The position numbers and the translations under genes are program-made. 64,000 nt of DNA. It comes from Psammoneis japonica. Its lineage: Eukaryota. The notes under the pieces were generated by a model. The model was given only the letters and a program-made list of their open reading frames with translations. It ran no database searches and was not told the DNA's origin. Numbering within the stretch: position 1 is the stretch's first letter; the number at the start of each line of letters is the position of its first letter. Shown piece after piece: positions 40,901-54,214 of this stretch. Location of the stretch: positions 1 through 64,000 of the forward strand of contig QPGO01000260.1 of NCBI GenBank assembly GCA_008632985.1, written 5' to 3'.

Positions 40901-42886
40901 TCATCAAGAATGTCCTTTTTTCAGCGCAGCATCCATGACAATTCAAGAACAAGGCCAAGTCACAGACGCGGCATTGCAAAGAGTTCACAACAAACATGGC
41001 AACTTGGCGCCATTGTGATGTCTTGAGCTGGGCAAGCTCTCAAGAGCTCAAGCACATCATTGCACAGTTTTGACAACAGCTCTCCCCACCCACACATGGC
41101 AATGCAGAGTTTGACACAGCAGACCAGCACACCATGGCAGCTCCAGTGGCGCAGATTGCTTCTTTTGGCTGTGCAGCAACTGACAACCCAGAAACCAGAA
41201 ATGTGTGGCTCATTTGCCCCATTTGTCAGCAAGCCAATGCAACAAATTTGGAGAGCAAAGGACAAGAAAGATGCGCAGTTGTGTCAAGTCTCACAAGCAG
41301 CTCAAAGGGGCAAGTGAACAAGAGTTGTCAGCTTTGCAACTCAGCAAGTGAGTGTTGAGCACAACTTGTGGGGGCATCACATCTCCATTGTTGCCCCAGA
41401 GCAAACAGCAAATGGCGCTGATTTGGCTGATGCAGCCAGCGTGCATGCGGGCCTTGACAATCTGTTGTGCTGCATTCTGAGATTGTGGAATGAAAAGAAG
41501 TGCTTGTGCTTGCATTGCTCCATCATGAAAGAAATGTGTCAGCTTTCTCTGGCCCTTTTGGAGCAATCGGGTGAGCAAAAGAGGGCAAGTGAAAGAGGAG
41601 CTTTCGAAAGATGTGGGCAACATCATTTTGATGCATTGTCGTCTGGTGGTGTCGACGTCATTCATGATGAAGTTCCGCGCTTTCTGGCTTTGCACTGCAT
41701 CTGTGTGGGAATGTGCGTGCTTGGCTCTTGGATGGTCTCCACACAAAAAGTGCACCAGGTGATCTCTGGGCTGCTTTCTTGAAGGTCAAACAGCTCCAAA
41801 CAAAGCTTTGACAAAGTGCCCTGTGCATGCACCAGGTGCTGCAAAAGAAGATGTGTTGCGACTTTGTCGTTGTGAAAATTGTGAGCTGGTTTAGAGCAGA
41901 GAAAGTGGGATCGTGTGAACAGGGAATCTTGCCAAATCCCTGTTTGTTTGCATTTGGATCGTGTCAAATCGATTGTGCGTTCGCATTGTGGATCGTGCGA
42001 ATCAAGCCATCACGTGCTGTGCACGAGTGATGTCATCGTGTGGAATCACGCTGCCATCGTGGGCCAGACGATGGGCCAGTGTGCTTCACACAGATGCTCT
42101 CTTAGCATCCTTCTGGAATTGCCTGAGACCTGGAGCCACACAATGCTGCGTTGCCATGCACAAGAGGCTTGTGCACGGTCTTGCCGTGCTGTCCAGTGGA
42201 GAGGCACACTGCAAAAGAAACTTGGCTGTTGTTGTCAATTTTGCAGCGTCAGTGTTCGGGTTTGAATCATTTCCTTTTTTGGGCTCAACCTGTCAATTTC
42301 AACCAACTTGGGTTTAAAGCTTGGATTTTGAACCCAGTTGGGTTGAAAATTGCAATTTTTGACCCACCCCAAAAAAGGGAGGCACACACTTCTCACAAGG
42401 TGGCAGGCGACCTGCGCACATTTCCTGTCAGATTGAACTGTGCTTGAGTGGGTGCGCCACAGCTCTTGGTCCGCTCATTTTCTGCGCAGCCTGGCACAGC
42501 CCAAATCTGTGTGAACTCAGCACATTTTGCCCTGCAGAGTGGTTTTTGTGAGTGCTTTCTGAGCTGTGATGCAAAACAACACGCAAAATGACATGGACAA
42601 TGGTGTTTTGCCAATTTCAAAAATGCGGTTGTTTCTGAGGTGCTCTGCAGTGCACTTTCAATGGAACATCGCATGTCATGGCACAAGGCATGTGACAAGC
42701 TTGAGAGCACACAGGTTCACATGGGTGGCTGATGGTGAAAAAGCACGCTGAAGGTTCACATTGACAACATCACTTTTGCTGTGTTGCAGCCAACCTCGTG
42801 CAGATGCGCTCCAGCCCTGGGTGGGACTCCATGTGATGTTGGGCCATGGAACTCTGTGTGCGAGCTCTGCAGTGTGAGAATTTAAT

Positions 42887-45800
42887 TGATGGATGCGCTT
42901 GTCTTCAACATCAAACAAATGGCCAAGTTTGTGGCACAATTGCACCTTTTGCCACTTGACATTTTTGCAAATGTGCCTGTCCTGTGCAGTTCCCAAGACA
43001 TTGCAGAATGTCAAAAGTTGTCAGACAGATCACTCAACAAGTGCACTGTAAAATGACACAACATGTCGCCAAAATCATGTAAAAATCCACGTGCCTGACA
43101 TGCAACATGATTCAAAAACTGTCGTTGTCACAGTTCAGCAGCACGAGGTCCCATTTTGCAGTGCACTTGTTGAGCAATCCTTCCAACAACTCTTGACATT
43201 TTTTGTTTCAGCACAATTCTGCAATGTCTTGAGAGTCGTGCAGGGCAGGTGCACTTGCAAAAACGTCGAGTGGCAAGAGGCACAATTTCACCACAAACTT
43301 GGCCGTTTGTTTGATGTTGAAGACAGGTGCATCCATTGACCAACTTCTAGAACACGGAGCCCCACCTGGGGCTGGAATGCATCCATGGTGCATCAATGAG
43401 TGCCAAATTGATGCTCTGTTGTCTGGCATTTTTTAAGTTGCAACAGGCCTGCACTGCAGTCTGCGCATGTTCTTTGTCATTGTTGTCTTCTTTGCTGTCT
43501 TCATCTTCTTCCTTGTTGCCTCTGTTGCTTGGTTCATCCGTTTTCTCTTCATGGTCCTCATTGTCACCAGAAAGCTCTGTTGTTGCTTGCATTCTCATCT
43601 CCACCCCCACTGGCTTTTCAGTGGTTTGGCTCTTTTTTCATTTCCCTCACTCTCCTTTTTCTTTCCATCAGCGTGCCATGTGTCGAGCTGCACACCCGGC
43701 TCACTTGCCCTGTCATCCTTCAACTCCTCAAGCAGGGCAGTGAATCGCTTCATTCCACCATCCTTCCAAGAGTTGCGCTGATGCAGTGGGTCTGTGTGCA
43801 AGGGCGCCAGTTTTGTTTCCTTCTCCTCCTCTTCACTCTCTTCTTCCTTTCCCTCCAGCTTGGATTTGTGCTCCCAAACCTTCCAGCAATTTTCCAATGC
43901 CAACAGTGCCAGTGCCTTGTTGCTTGCCATGGCCAGCTCCATGACCTTTGTGTTGCCCGACTCCACCACCCTTCTCCACATGGGACGCACGGCTGTTTTG
44001 ACAACAAATTTTGTAGCGCGAAGGTCCTGTGCTCAGTCGTCAATCAGAGATTTGAGATTTTTGCACTTTAAAAAATGGAAACAAGGCTTGCCGGAGACAG
44101 GGTCATTGAGGTCCTCACCGGCAATGATCTGATGCACAAACTCAACCATTGAAGCCATTGGCGAAATGTTCTGTGTCGTCAAAATTGACATCATCAGGAA
44201 AGACAAAGGAGGGGTTGGGGTCGGCCTCCTCCGCTGATGGGGCAAAGTTGTCATTGACCACTGTGGCCAGCCATCTGATTGCGCGGAACATGCAGAAAGT
44301 GAGTGAATCACAACATCGCACACTCTGGTCAAATTGATTTTGGGGAGAGGGTGTGCTGTTGAGAAATGTGCAGGAAATGGTGCATGCAGAAAAAAGACTG
44401 AGAACACAGCAGAGAAACTGTCACAGAGTTCTGGAAAAAGGTGTGAAGCAACAAGGAAATGCGTGCACACACAGAGGTGACTGGGCAGATGTGGACAGCA
44501 TTGTGTGCTGTGACACATGAGGGGGGTAAAAACAAAAAAGCACAAACCAACACAAAAGCCAAATTGTCAAAGGCATGGAGCATGGGTTGTCACCACCCAA
44601 AGCTTTGGTCACAAAACATTTGCAAATGTGAGTTGCTTGAGCATGAGCAATCAGCACAAATGGGCAAAATAAAATCCTCATGAAAAGGTCAAACACCTTG
44701 CATTGTGAAAACAACATTCAAGCACTGGCACCACAATCAAAAGAATGACACCAACAAAATGCAACTGCGTGGCAAAAACCAATGAAAGTGATGGCCGCCA
44801 CATTGTGGGCTCTGATGTGCTTGGCTTTTGGCAGCTTCTGCACAAAAAGCATGCCAGGCAATCTCTGGACTGCCACCTCAAATGTCAAATGGCTCCAAAC
44901 AAAGCTTTGACAAAGAATCTTGGCAGTTGTTGTTGATTTCGCAGCACAAGTGCTCAGGTTCAAATTTTTCCTTTTTTGGGCTCAAACTTTCAATTTTGAC
45001 CAACACGGGTTTCAAGTTTGACTTTTGAACCCAGTTGGGTCCAAAATTGCAGTTTTTGACCTGCCCCGAAAAAAGGGGGGCCTGCACTTCTCAAGAGGTG
45101 GCAGGTGACCTGCTCACACATCCAGCCAGCTTCAACTGCACTTGAGCAGCGTCACTTCTGTTGCTTTGCGACTGACCTCATGCACTGCCATTCATGCTGT
45201 GTGTTTTGTTGAGGCTTTGTGTGTTTGCAGCAACCCAGCTTGCACGTGCTTTCCCTTTTCACATTGCTCTTTTGTTCTGCAGGCTCTGCGTTGTCACGCG
45301 GTGTCCCAGAGACTCTTTTTCTTGTCAAGAATGTCATTTCTGCTGTGCAATGGCCACGACAATTCAAAAACAAATGCGGCGGCTTGGCACTGTGATGTCT
45401 CAAACTGAGCAAGCTCTCAAGAGCTCAAACACATCATTGCACAGTTTTGACAACAGCTCTTCCCACCTCCACATGGCAATGCAGAGTTTGACTCAGCAGA
45501 CCAGCACATCATGGTGGCTTCAATGGTGTGGATCACTTTGTTTGGCTGCACAGAAGCTTGCATTCCAGAAACATGTGACTTGTTTGCCCCACTTGTCAGC
45601 AAGCCAGCACAACAAATTTAGAGGGTGAAGGACAAGACAAATGATGTGCAGTTGTGTCAAGTCTCAGAAGTGGCTCAAGAGTGCAAGCCAACAAGAATCG
45701 CTGGCTTCTTTGCAAATGGCAAGCAAGTGCTGAGTGCAATTTTTGGGGGCACCACGTCTCCATTGTTCTTCTGGAGCAAACAGCAAATGGTGTTGATTTG

Positions 45801-48033
45801 GCTGATGCAGCCAACGTGCACGTGCACCTTGACAATCTGTCGTGCTGCATTCTGACATTTTGGCAAAGAAAAGGAAGCTCGAGGAACTCTGGAGTGGGTG
45901 ACCAAGACACACCCCAGCTCCAGGTGGGACCTTGTTCCGCTGAACTGTGACATCAATGGTTTTTTGGATTACACAGCATGTCGTGCACGCAGAATTGCGC
46001 AAGACTTTTGTGAAATTTTGTGTCATTTTGTGGTGCACTTGTTGAGCGATCCATCCAACAACTTTTGACATTTTTGTCATGCAGCGCGATTCTGCAATGT
46101 CTTGAGAATCACACGGGGCAGGCGCATCTGCAAAAACGTTGAGTGGCAAGAGGGTCAATTGTGCCACAAACTTGGCTGTTCATTTGATGTTGAAGATGAA
46201 TGTGTCTGTTGATTAAATTCTTACACTGCGGAGCTCGCATGCAGAACTCTGCAGGCCCGATGTCACACGGAGTCCCGCCCGTGCACCCCAATTTGTTCTC
46301 TCCACAAACTGCTTTTTGGATGCACACAGTGCAATCATGCTCCTAAGCTTGGGCCCAAATGGCTCCACTCTGAAGCCATTGGTGAGATGTTCTGTGTTGT
46401 TGAAATTGACATCATCAGGAAAGACAAAGGAGGGGTCAGGGTCGACCTCCTCCACTTGTGGGGCAAAGTCATTGACCGGCCACCATGGCCAGTTGTCTGT
46501 TGGCAGAACATGCAGAAAGTGCATGAATCACAACAGCCCACACTCTGGTCAAATTGATTTTGGGGAGACGGCGTGCTTTTGTGAAATGTGCAGGAAATGG
46601 CACGTGCAGAAAAAACACTGAGAACACAGAAAACGCACCAACAGAGAGCTCCGGAAACAAGTGTGGCGCAACAAGGAAATGTGCGCACACATGGAGGTGA
46701 CTGGGCAGACATGGGCAGCAGCATGTGGTGTGACACACAAGGGGGTGAAAACAAAAAAGCACAAACCAGCTTGAAAGCCAAATTGTCAAAGGCGTGGAGC
46801 ATGGGTTGTCACGACCCAAAGCTTTTTTGACCACATGACACTTGCAAATGTGAGTTGCTTGAGCATGAACAACCAACACAAATGGACAAAAAAAATCTGC
46901 GCGAAAAGGTCAAACACCTTGCGCCATGAAAAGCTTCTTTGACCACATTGCATTTGCAAATGTGAGTTGCTCGAGCATGAACAACCAACGCAAATGGGCA
47001 AAAAAAATCTGTGCAAAAAGGTCAAACACCTTGTGCCATGAAAAGAACGTTCAAGTGTTGGCATCACAGTCAAAAGAATGACACAAACAAAATGCAATGG
47101 CGCAGCAAAAATCAATGAAAGTGATTGCCGCCACATTGCAGGCTCTCATGTGCTTGGCTTTTGGGCAGCTTCTGTGCAAAAAGCATGCCGGGCAATCTCT
47201 GGACCACCGCCTCAAAGGTCAAATGGCTTCGAACAAAGCTTTGACAAAGAAACTTGGCAGCTGCTGTTGGTTTTGCAGCGTCAGTGCTCAGGTTCAAATT
47301 TTTCCTTTTTTGGGTTCAAACTTTCAATTTCAACCAACTTGGGTTTCAAGTTTGAATTTTGAACCCAGTTGGGTCCAAAATTGCAGTTTTTGACCCGCCC
47401 CGAAAAAGGAAGGCACACACTTCTCACAAGGCAGCAGGCGACCTGTGCACATTTCCTGTCAGTTTCAGCTGCACTTGAGCAGACACACCAGACAATCTTT
47501 GGACCACCACCTCAAAGGTCACATGGCTCCAAACAAAGCTTTGACAAAGAAACTTGGCAGTTGTTGTTGATTTCGCAGCATCAGTGCTCGGGTTCAATTT
47601 TTTCCCTTTTTGGGCTCAAACTTTCAATTTCAACCAACTTGGGTTTTAAGTTTGAATTTTGAACCCAGCTGGGTCCAAAACAGCAGTTTTCAACCCAACC
47701 CAAAGCTTGAAAAGGTCAAACACCTTGCACTGTGAAAACAATGTTCAAGTGCTGGCATCACAGTCAAATGAATGACACAAACAAAATGCAGCGGCATGGC
47801 AAAAACCAACAAAAGTGATTGCTGCCACATTGCAAGCTCTGATGTGCGTGGCTTTTGGGCAGTTTCTGTGCAAAAAGCATGCCAGGCAATCTCTGGACCA
47901 CCACCACCTCAAAGGGCAAATGGCTCAAAACAAAGCTTTGACAAAGAAGCTTGGCAGTTGCTGTTGGTTTTGCAGCATCAGAGCTCAGGTTCAAATTTTT
48001 CCTTTTTTGGGTTCAAACTTTCAATTTCAACCC
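42887..48033 (+). repeat. Segmental duplication copy 1 (~5.1 kb)
   Basis: Collinear with 54806-59950, for example ORF pairs 43595/55521, 45664/57583 and 47369/59288. Differences are mostly CG versus TG/CA. Confidence 0.95.
43390..44150 (-). pseudogene. Captured fragment of a transposon-associated gene (second copy ~55310-56080; partial copies ~36770-37100 and ~27050-27170)
   Basis: ALALLALENCW..W...PLHTD...SWKDGGMKRF..L......DR followed by an acidic tail. ENCW and PLHT are consistent with mutated ENYW and PLYT. Confidence 0.5.
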
Positions 48034-48272
48034 AAGCAAATCCAGCTGCCGAATGGCTCAGCTGCTCACAGCACTGGTGTGACAACAATCTGATGATCCA
48101 AAGATGCTCTCAGGCCTGTTGCAACTGCTCGTAACAAGTGAGCGCCATTGGAGGGAAAACCAACGCTTCCCTCCGATGACACGTCACAACGGTTGGCTCA
48201 GCACCAGCCGTTGCCAACAGCACTCTAACAACAGCACTCTAACTAAATCCGATGCATCGGATTTCTTTCGGT
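48034..48272 (-). repeat. 3' LTR, truncated at its distal end
   Basis: Aligns with 54430-54640. Preceded on the minus strand by a purine-rich caaggggac (PPT-like) at ~48272-48281. Confidence 0.8.
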
Positions 48273-48438
48273 CCCCTTGAAATGTTTCTAACAAGCCAAG
48301 GGCGTGCTTGACAGGCACAATTCAACCAATGCAATCAACCACATTGACACTCCGTGCTGGCCATGGTGTAAACCCTCACTGGGGAAGAAAATCACCACCG
48401 ACCCGATTCCCAAAATCCAAACCCCATTTGCCGCCAAT

Positions 48439-51400
48439 TCAACAAGTGAACTTGTCCAACAGGAAATTGCGACGAATCGAAGTCATGACCTTCGTGAACA
48501 AATCCGCGAGGTTAGTTTCCGCATCCTCCTTTGCCAGGCGAACAGTCCCCGCAGCAACAGCTTCCCCATTGCGATGGCATGCAATGGAGTGATGCTTCTT
48601 CTTGAGAGTAGACTCCGGGATGGAGCAATTCTTGTACACTGCTTCATTGTCACAGAACACGTTCGTAGAACCTTCAACAGGAACTCCAAACATTCGAAGC
48701 TTGCACCTCAGACCTTCAACAAGTTCCACCGCGACCTTGAGTGCCACGATCTTGGCGCCAAAAGTGCCAGTCTCCACGGTGTTCTGTCTCTTCGAATGCC
48801 AGATGGGAATGTCAGAATGCCTGCATGACTGCGGCGAGTTGATGCGTCACCAGCATGGTTGGCATCCACGAAACAATGAGTGGACACAACGTTGCCTCGA
48901 GGTGGTGGCATGTTGGGGGGAATCGCCTCTTGCGCGTCTCGGCAGAAGTCGAACCAATCGCACTCCTTGAACCTAGACTCGTCGATGACCGGATGCGTGG
49001 GATCGAACGCCACCCGGCGCTTTGGGACCTGTTTGAGGTGTGCAAAGATGTGCAACACCTGTTCCAAGTGACCAATGCGCGGCAAGGCAAGGTGAGCCGA
49101 CACATTTGACACTTCCAAAATGACATCGACCCTGCCCAATTCCACGGCCCAAATCAAAACGCCAATCAGCTCTTGGCAGCAGTTGAGGCCTTCTGCATCC
49201 AGCTCGCCCGAAGCATCCAACTCCGGCTTGCATCCGCTGCTCAAAGGTGTGCATGCTTTACTCGGCAGCCGTTTTCCTTCCTTGGCCAATTTGTCCTCAA
49301 CATTCCGGACCGCCGCCTTGCAGCAATCTTCTGCTGACATCGTCCAGCAGGTGGCACCGTCAGCAAGGTCCATCTTCGACAATTTGGCGCCCAAGTGGGA
49401 TTCGGGTTCCGCTGCTTTATTGTCTTTGAGCTTGAACTTCGACTTGATGCCATCCACAGTCTTCATCGGCTCATGACCAATCGACAGCAAGTCGTCGACG
49501 TACACCAAGATGTGCTCGTAGCACTCGAATCCGTCTGGCTTCACTGCTGGCCTCATCCAAACGTCGGGATCAGCCTTGCCAGGCTTGCATCCTAGATCAT
49601 AAAGCGTCTCCGCCAGGAAGGCCCTGAATGCCGCACCGGAGCTCTTCAATCCATAGAGTGCCCTGACTACAATCACAATCTCACCGCGTTCCGCGCCAAA
49701 CTCTTCACCGGCACGAGTCCAAATTTTCTCTCGGCATGGCGCTGTCAAGCAGGCATTCTGGATGTCGCAGGCAAAGACTTGCAAGTCATCAAGCGTGGCA
49801 AGTGTAAGGGCAATCCTTGACGAATCCCTGGAAACAACTGAGGAGCAGGCAATGGCAGTTGGGGTGTCGGTCATGTGACCACCCGCAACCATCCTGCTCT
49901 TGTGCCGAAAGTTCTCTCCCAACTTGATGTCAAAAATCATGTGACAATCGATTTGTTGGCACCCAGGAGGCAGTTCCGTTTCGTCCCCCTCGAGCTTGTC
50001 GAACGCAACTCGAACATTCTTCATTTCCAAGCAAATGGCGTCATGCCACAAGGTGTTGCCGTTCGCATGATCGAGCTCCAGTGCCTCCTTCACAGTCTTG
50101 GGAATTTGTGTGCCAAACCCACGGGTTCTCAACCAATGCTTCGACTTGGCCTTCGCAACAGAACGCTTGCGGGTCCTCATTGCGTGCGGAACCCACCAAG
50201 CAAACGCCGGCTCCTTCGAGATCTTGCGTTGGATGGCGAACTCGGCGACCTGGACAGGGAATCCTTCCTTCGCGTCCTTCAGGTCAACCCAAGCAGTGCT
50301 GCCATCCTTCCATTGGAATGAGAGTTCCCATCCTTTCGTGGTCCTGCGCCGCCTCTTGTTGCCTTGCTCAGTTTCAAAGAAATCGGATTCCGGGACGTCC
50401 CCATTCGTGCGGAAGTCCACAATCTCGTCGAACAGAACATGCCGATTTCCGTCCTCGTCAATCTGTGCGAACATGTTCATGGCAACAGAGTTAGCTGAAA
50501 GTGCTGCAGTGTGACCATCGGGGTGCTCCACCTGATGCATTCGAGTGTCCAGGATTGGGTTGTCGTTGGCTGTCCCAATGGGAATGCCACTCGCATCCCT
50601 CAACCTCTTCGTTGCACGCGCGAACTCGGGACCATCATCATCTCTCGGCAAAGCCAATTCCACATTGAGATGACCCCAATCCGCCGCTTCCGGGGAGGCT
50701 TCCTCATCTTTCTTGTCGTCGTCCTTGTTTGACACATCTTCAGAACCAATGACGCGATCGCACTCGTCGAGGAATTCGTCGTCGTACCCAAGACAGTCCT
50801 TCCAGTCTTCGGGGCTGATCCTGCGCTCTTCGTCTTCGGGAAACTCTTGGTCACGAAGTCTGCGCTGGATCTCCTCGTCAAAAGCCTTGAACCGATCTTG
50901 ATTCTCTTGAGTGCCAGCTTCCAAGTTGGTGACTCGCTGAACAGATGTTCGCGATGTGACACGACCGGTTTGCGTCAACACGTAATGTGACATTAGACTG
51001 CCAATCCGGTGGGACACTCCGAGCCACCTGCCAAGCTTCTGGTCACCAAGACCAGCATTCTCCCTGCACCAAACCCAATCGTAGAATCCGAAGTCAAGGC
51101 ACTCTGAGATGTCAACAGTTTCGCCAAGCATTTCTTCCAGAGGAACGCCAGCGTCCAAATGGNNNNNNNNNNNNNNNNNNNNNNNNNNNNNNNNNNNNNN
51201 NNNNNNNNNNNNNNNNNNNNNNNNNNNNNNNNNNNNNNNNNNNNNNNNNNNNNNNNNNNNNNNNNNNNNNNNNNNNNNNNNNNNNNNNNNNNNNNNNNNN
51301 NNNNNNNNNNNNNNNNNNNNNNNNNNNNNNNNNNNNNNNNNNNNNNNNNNNNNNNNNNNNNNNNNNNNNNNNNNNNNNNNNNNNNNNNNNNNNNNNNNNN

Positions 51401-52690
51401 NNNNNNNNNNNNNNNNNNNNNNNNNNNNNNNNNNNNNNNNNNNNNNNNNNNNNNNNNNNNNNNNNNNNNNNNNNNNNNNNNNNNNNNNNNNNNNNNNNNN
51501 NNNNNNNNNNNNNNNNNNNNNNNNNNNNNNNNNNNNNNNNNNNNNNNNNNNNNNNNNNNNNNNNNNNNNNNNNNNNNNNNNNNNNNNNNNNNNNNNNNNN
51601 NNNNNNNNNNNNNNNNNNNNNNNNNNNNNNNNNNNNNNNNNNNNNNNNNNNNNNNNNNNNNGCTTCTGGGTGGTCTTCTTCAATGTTGATGCCGCTTGTT
51701 TCAATCCAATGCCCCAGCGCTCGCTCAAGTCAACAGCAGTGACAGAACTGCGCCGTTCCTTGGACATGAAAGTCTTCGGGGATGGTGCGTCTTCAAGTTC
51801 CAAGCCGATCGTCTCAGTGGCCGCGATCTGAACATCCGCTTCCACCTGGACTGACGCTGTCAATCTTGATTGAAGTTGGTCCACACCACAGACAAGTCTC
51901 CTGTCACAACAGTCCCCGGTCTGAGGGTTGCCACAATCAGGATCCTGACCAAACGCGTGGCTGGGGCTTGACCGAACACTTGCGACCGACCGAATCAACT
52001 CCATTTCCTCCTCCACAGAACGTCAAGGTCTGGACTGCTTAAACTTGACGTGTGTGGATCCCAAGCTTGTTGGGAGGTCAACTGGATGTGTGGGCACTCT
52101 TGGAGCTCCCTGTCAGTGGGGGTCCGAGCAGCCGCAACGACACCAGTTCCCATCAACTCAAGAGGGCAGCACAAATCCCTTGTCCTCCACAAGGACATCC
52201 AACGGCGACTCGGAACAGGGGTCATCCTGAACCGTGATGCCGAAATGCCTCATCTGATTCGGGTTGAGGAGAGAATTCTCCATGGAATCTGCCATCCAAA
52301 GCCCCTCATGGAAGCCAGGACACCGTTGCTCCCGTCGCCGGTGAGGTCCACGCAGTGGCCGCCGATGCGATTGGGACACTCTTGATGGCTTCGCATCCCT
52401 CGTCACAAGGATGCGTGCATTCTCTTCCAGTGTAACCCAAGAGGGTAAAGTTCGAACTAAAAACAGCAGTGTCAGCATGTGAGTCCAATTCTAGTCGTCC
52501 ATGCTTTACCTGATCGTCTGTTCGGACGTGAGTGGCACGCGTGTCAGTCCGTGCCGCAGAGACTCGTCGTGTAGAAGCTGCAATTTCACAAATGCAACGA
52601 CAGCCCCCATGAACCAACGTTTCTTTCAAACGACACGGCTGGCCCCCGCCCCAATGAAGCAGCCACAATGCAACTGGATGAGGCTGCAAA
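48439..52690 (-). pseudogene. Copia pol (protease-integrase-RT-RNase H) with frameshifts and Tyr>Cys/His substitutions
   Basis: ORFs 52306-52689, 52158-52478, 48708-52016 and 48439-48777 carry the motifs listed for the element. Confidence 0.9.
51163..51661. other. Assembly gap (N run)
   Basis: Run of N characters. Confidence 1.
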
Positions 52691-52709
52691 GCAGGGTCCA
52701 GCTCAGGAG

Positions 52710-54133
52710 TCAGCTGCGTCGCTGACGCTCCTGGCGTCCCCCAAATGCGTCTCCGGCATTGTTGCCGCCTTGACCGCCAGTTCCTGTGCCAACGTTTCCG
52801 GAATCGGTGCCGGCAGTGGTCTCCAAGGAAGAAATGGTGTGGCTTGCTTGCTCAAGCTGGGACGTCAGCTTCCGATTCTTCTTTTCAAGCAATCTGACGG
52901 ATGCAGCGCGGCGCTTTGGGTCACCCGGCCTCTTCTTGAGTCCCAAACACACACGCTCATCCATGACCTTCTTCTTGTCTTCCTTGCTCAATTGATGCCA
53001 ATTTTTATGAAATCCGGTGTCAATGGACCCATCTTCTTTGCAAATGGAATCACCTTCCTTGCTGACGCCGGACGCAACAGAGGAAATCGCACGACGGTGC
53101 GCAACTGTTTCCGGGAGAGTGGCGACTTTAGCGGCAAGATGGTTGCACGCTGCAGCAAAACTGATCCCTCCTCCAAACTCATTCTGCGCCTTCAGGGTCT
53201 CTGCTGCGTTCTGCAACTGCTGGTGTTGCACCTTGTCGAACAGCAATCGCAGCTTCTGAGCCTCCGTCTTGGGTTCATCATTCTCTTCGAAAATGTTGGG
53301 CATCTCCTGAAGCTTGTTCACGAACGTTTCGAACGTCATGGAGCGTTCACTCCTGCAGTGCAGAGTGTTTTCCAAACGCTCAGCTTCCGAGATGCGACGG
53401 GCAGCATTGCCCTCGCCCTGATGGTGGTTCTCCAAAGATTCGCAGCAGAGACGACCGTTCTGGCTGTTGTGGTGCTCTTTGATCCACTGCTCGCTTGGGG
53501 CACCTTTCGTGAACAAAACGATTGGCTGGCTGGCGGCACGAGAATCAGCTTCAAAAAGCTGGACCCTCGAGTGGAGCGCATGCAACTGACTTCTGCATGA
53601 AAGTCTCATGCCCTTCAGGCTCGGGCTCCTCGTTCTCGCGTGTGACACAAATCAATGGAACGCCGTCGACTCCCAGCATCGTGCCAAGCATGTTCTTGAA
53701 AGCGGTGCTCCATTTTGCCCAGACCTTTTCACTCTCCAAGAGTCCAGGGGATGCCTCACGAGCAACAGACTTTGGATTGATCCCTCATCTGGCTGCGAAC
53801 ATCGGCCCTCGACAACGCAGCAGATAGTGCATCGAGAAAACGCGCCTGATCCAAACCGTCGATGGCAGGATTTTCACCAACGCGTTGGAAGTCATGCACC
53901 CAATGAACAAGGGACTTGAGGCGACGGGTGCGAGCCAATGCAAAGTGGAAACGCCCCTCAGCAGCAGTCCTCCTCGAGCAAGACTGCGCGAGCGTGTCGA
54001 TGTCCGATTCCTTCACATCGACGACATCATCAAACGCAGCGATGTCAGTCATGATCGCGTCACGCTGAGCAGGCAACTGGAAACCGATCCAAGCAAGGGC
54101 CGTTTCCATCGGGTTCGGGGGGTTTGCCGCCAT
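52710..54133 (-). pseudogene. Copia gag, disrupted
   Basis: MAANPPNPMETAL.WIGF..., L.SLVHWV.DF.R, G..GVPL.CV.R (expected YV.R), LHCRSERSM.FE.F (expected Y). Confidence 0.8.
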
Positions 54134-54214
54134 GGCGAAACTTGAGTCATCACAGCATCATGAGACAAAGCAGTTGTGTCAGAAGAAGCACATCAAAACT
54201 TTGACGTTCACAAA

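Larger units (their letters stand above)
26980..48033 (+). repeat. Mosaic array of shuffled, co-oriented repeat modules
   Basis: Recurring modules include ggctccaaacaaagctttgacaaagaaacttggcag, aagagttcacaacaaacatggcaacttggcgc, gagcaagctctcaagagctcaaacacatca and ttttgaacccagctgggtccaaaattgcag. Each is present many times in varying order. Confidence 0.9.

Noticed and set aside
50987..51831. ORFs spanning the X run
   Set aside because: Artefacts of translating through the N gap.
48439..54133. Alternative genetic code, or RNA-level ADAR editing of the retroelement, to explain Tyr>Cys/His
   Set aside because: Neighbouring host genes use Tyr normally. Both A>G and T>C occur on the same strand, and DNA transposons and non-coding repeats are equally affected.
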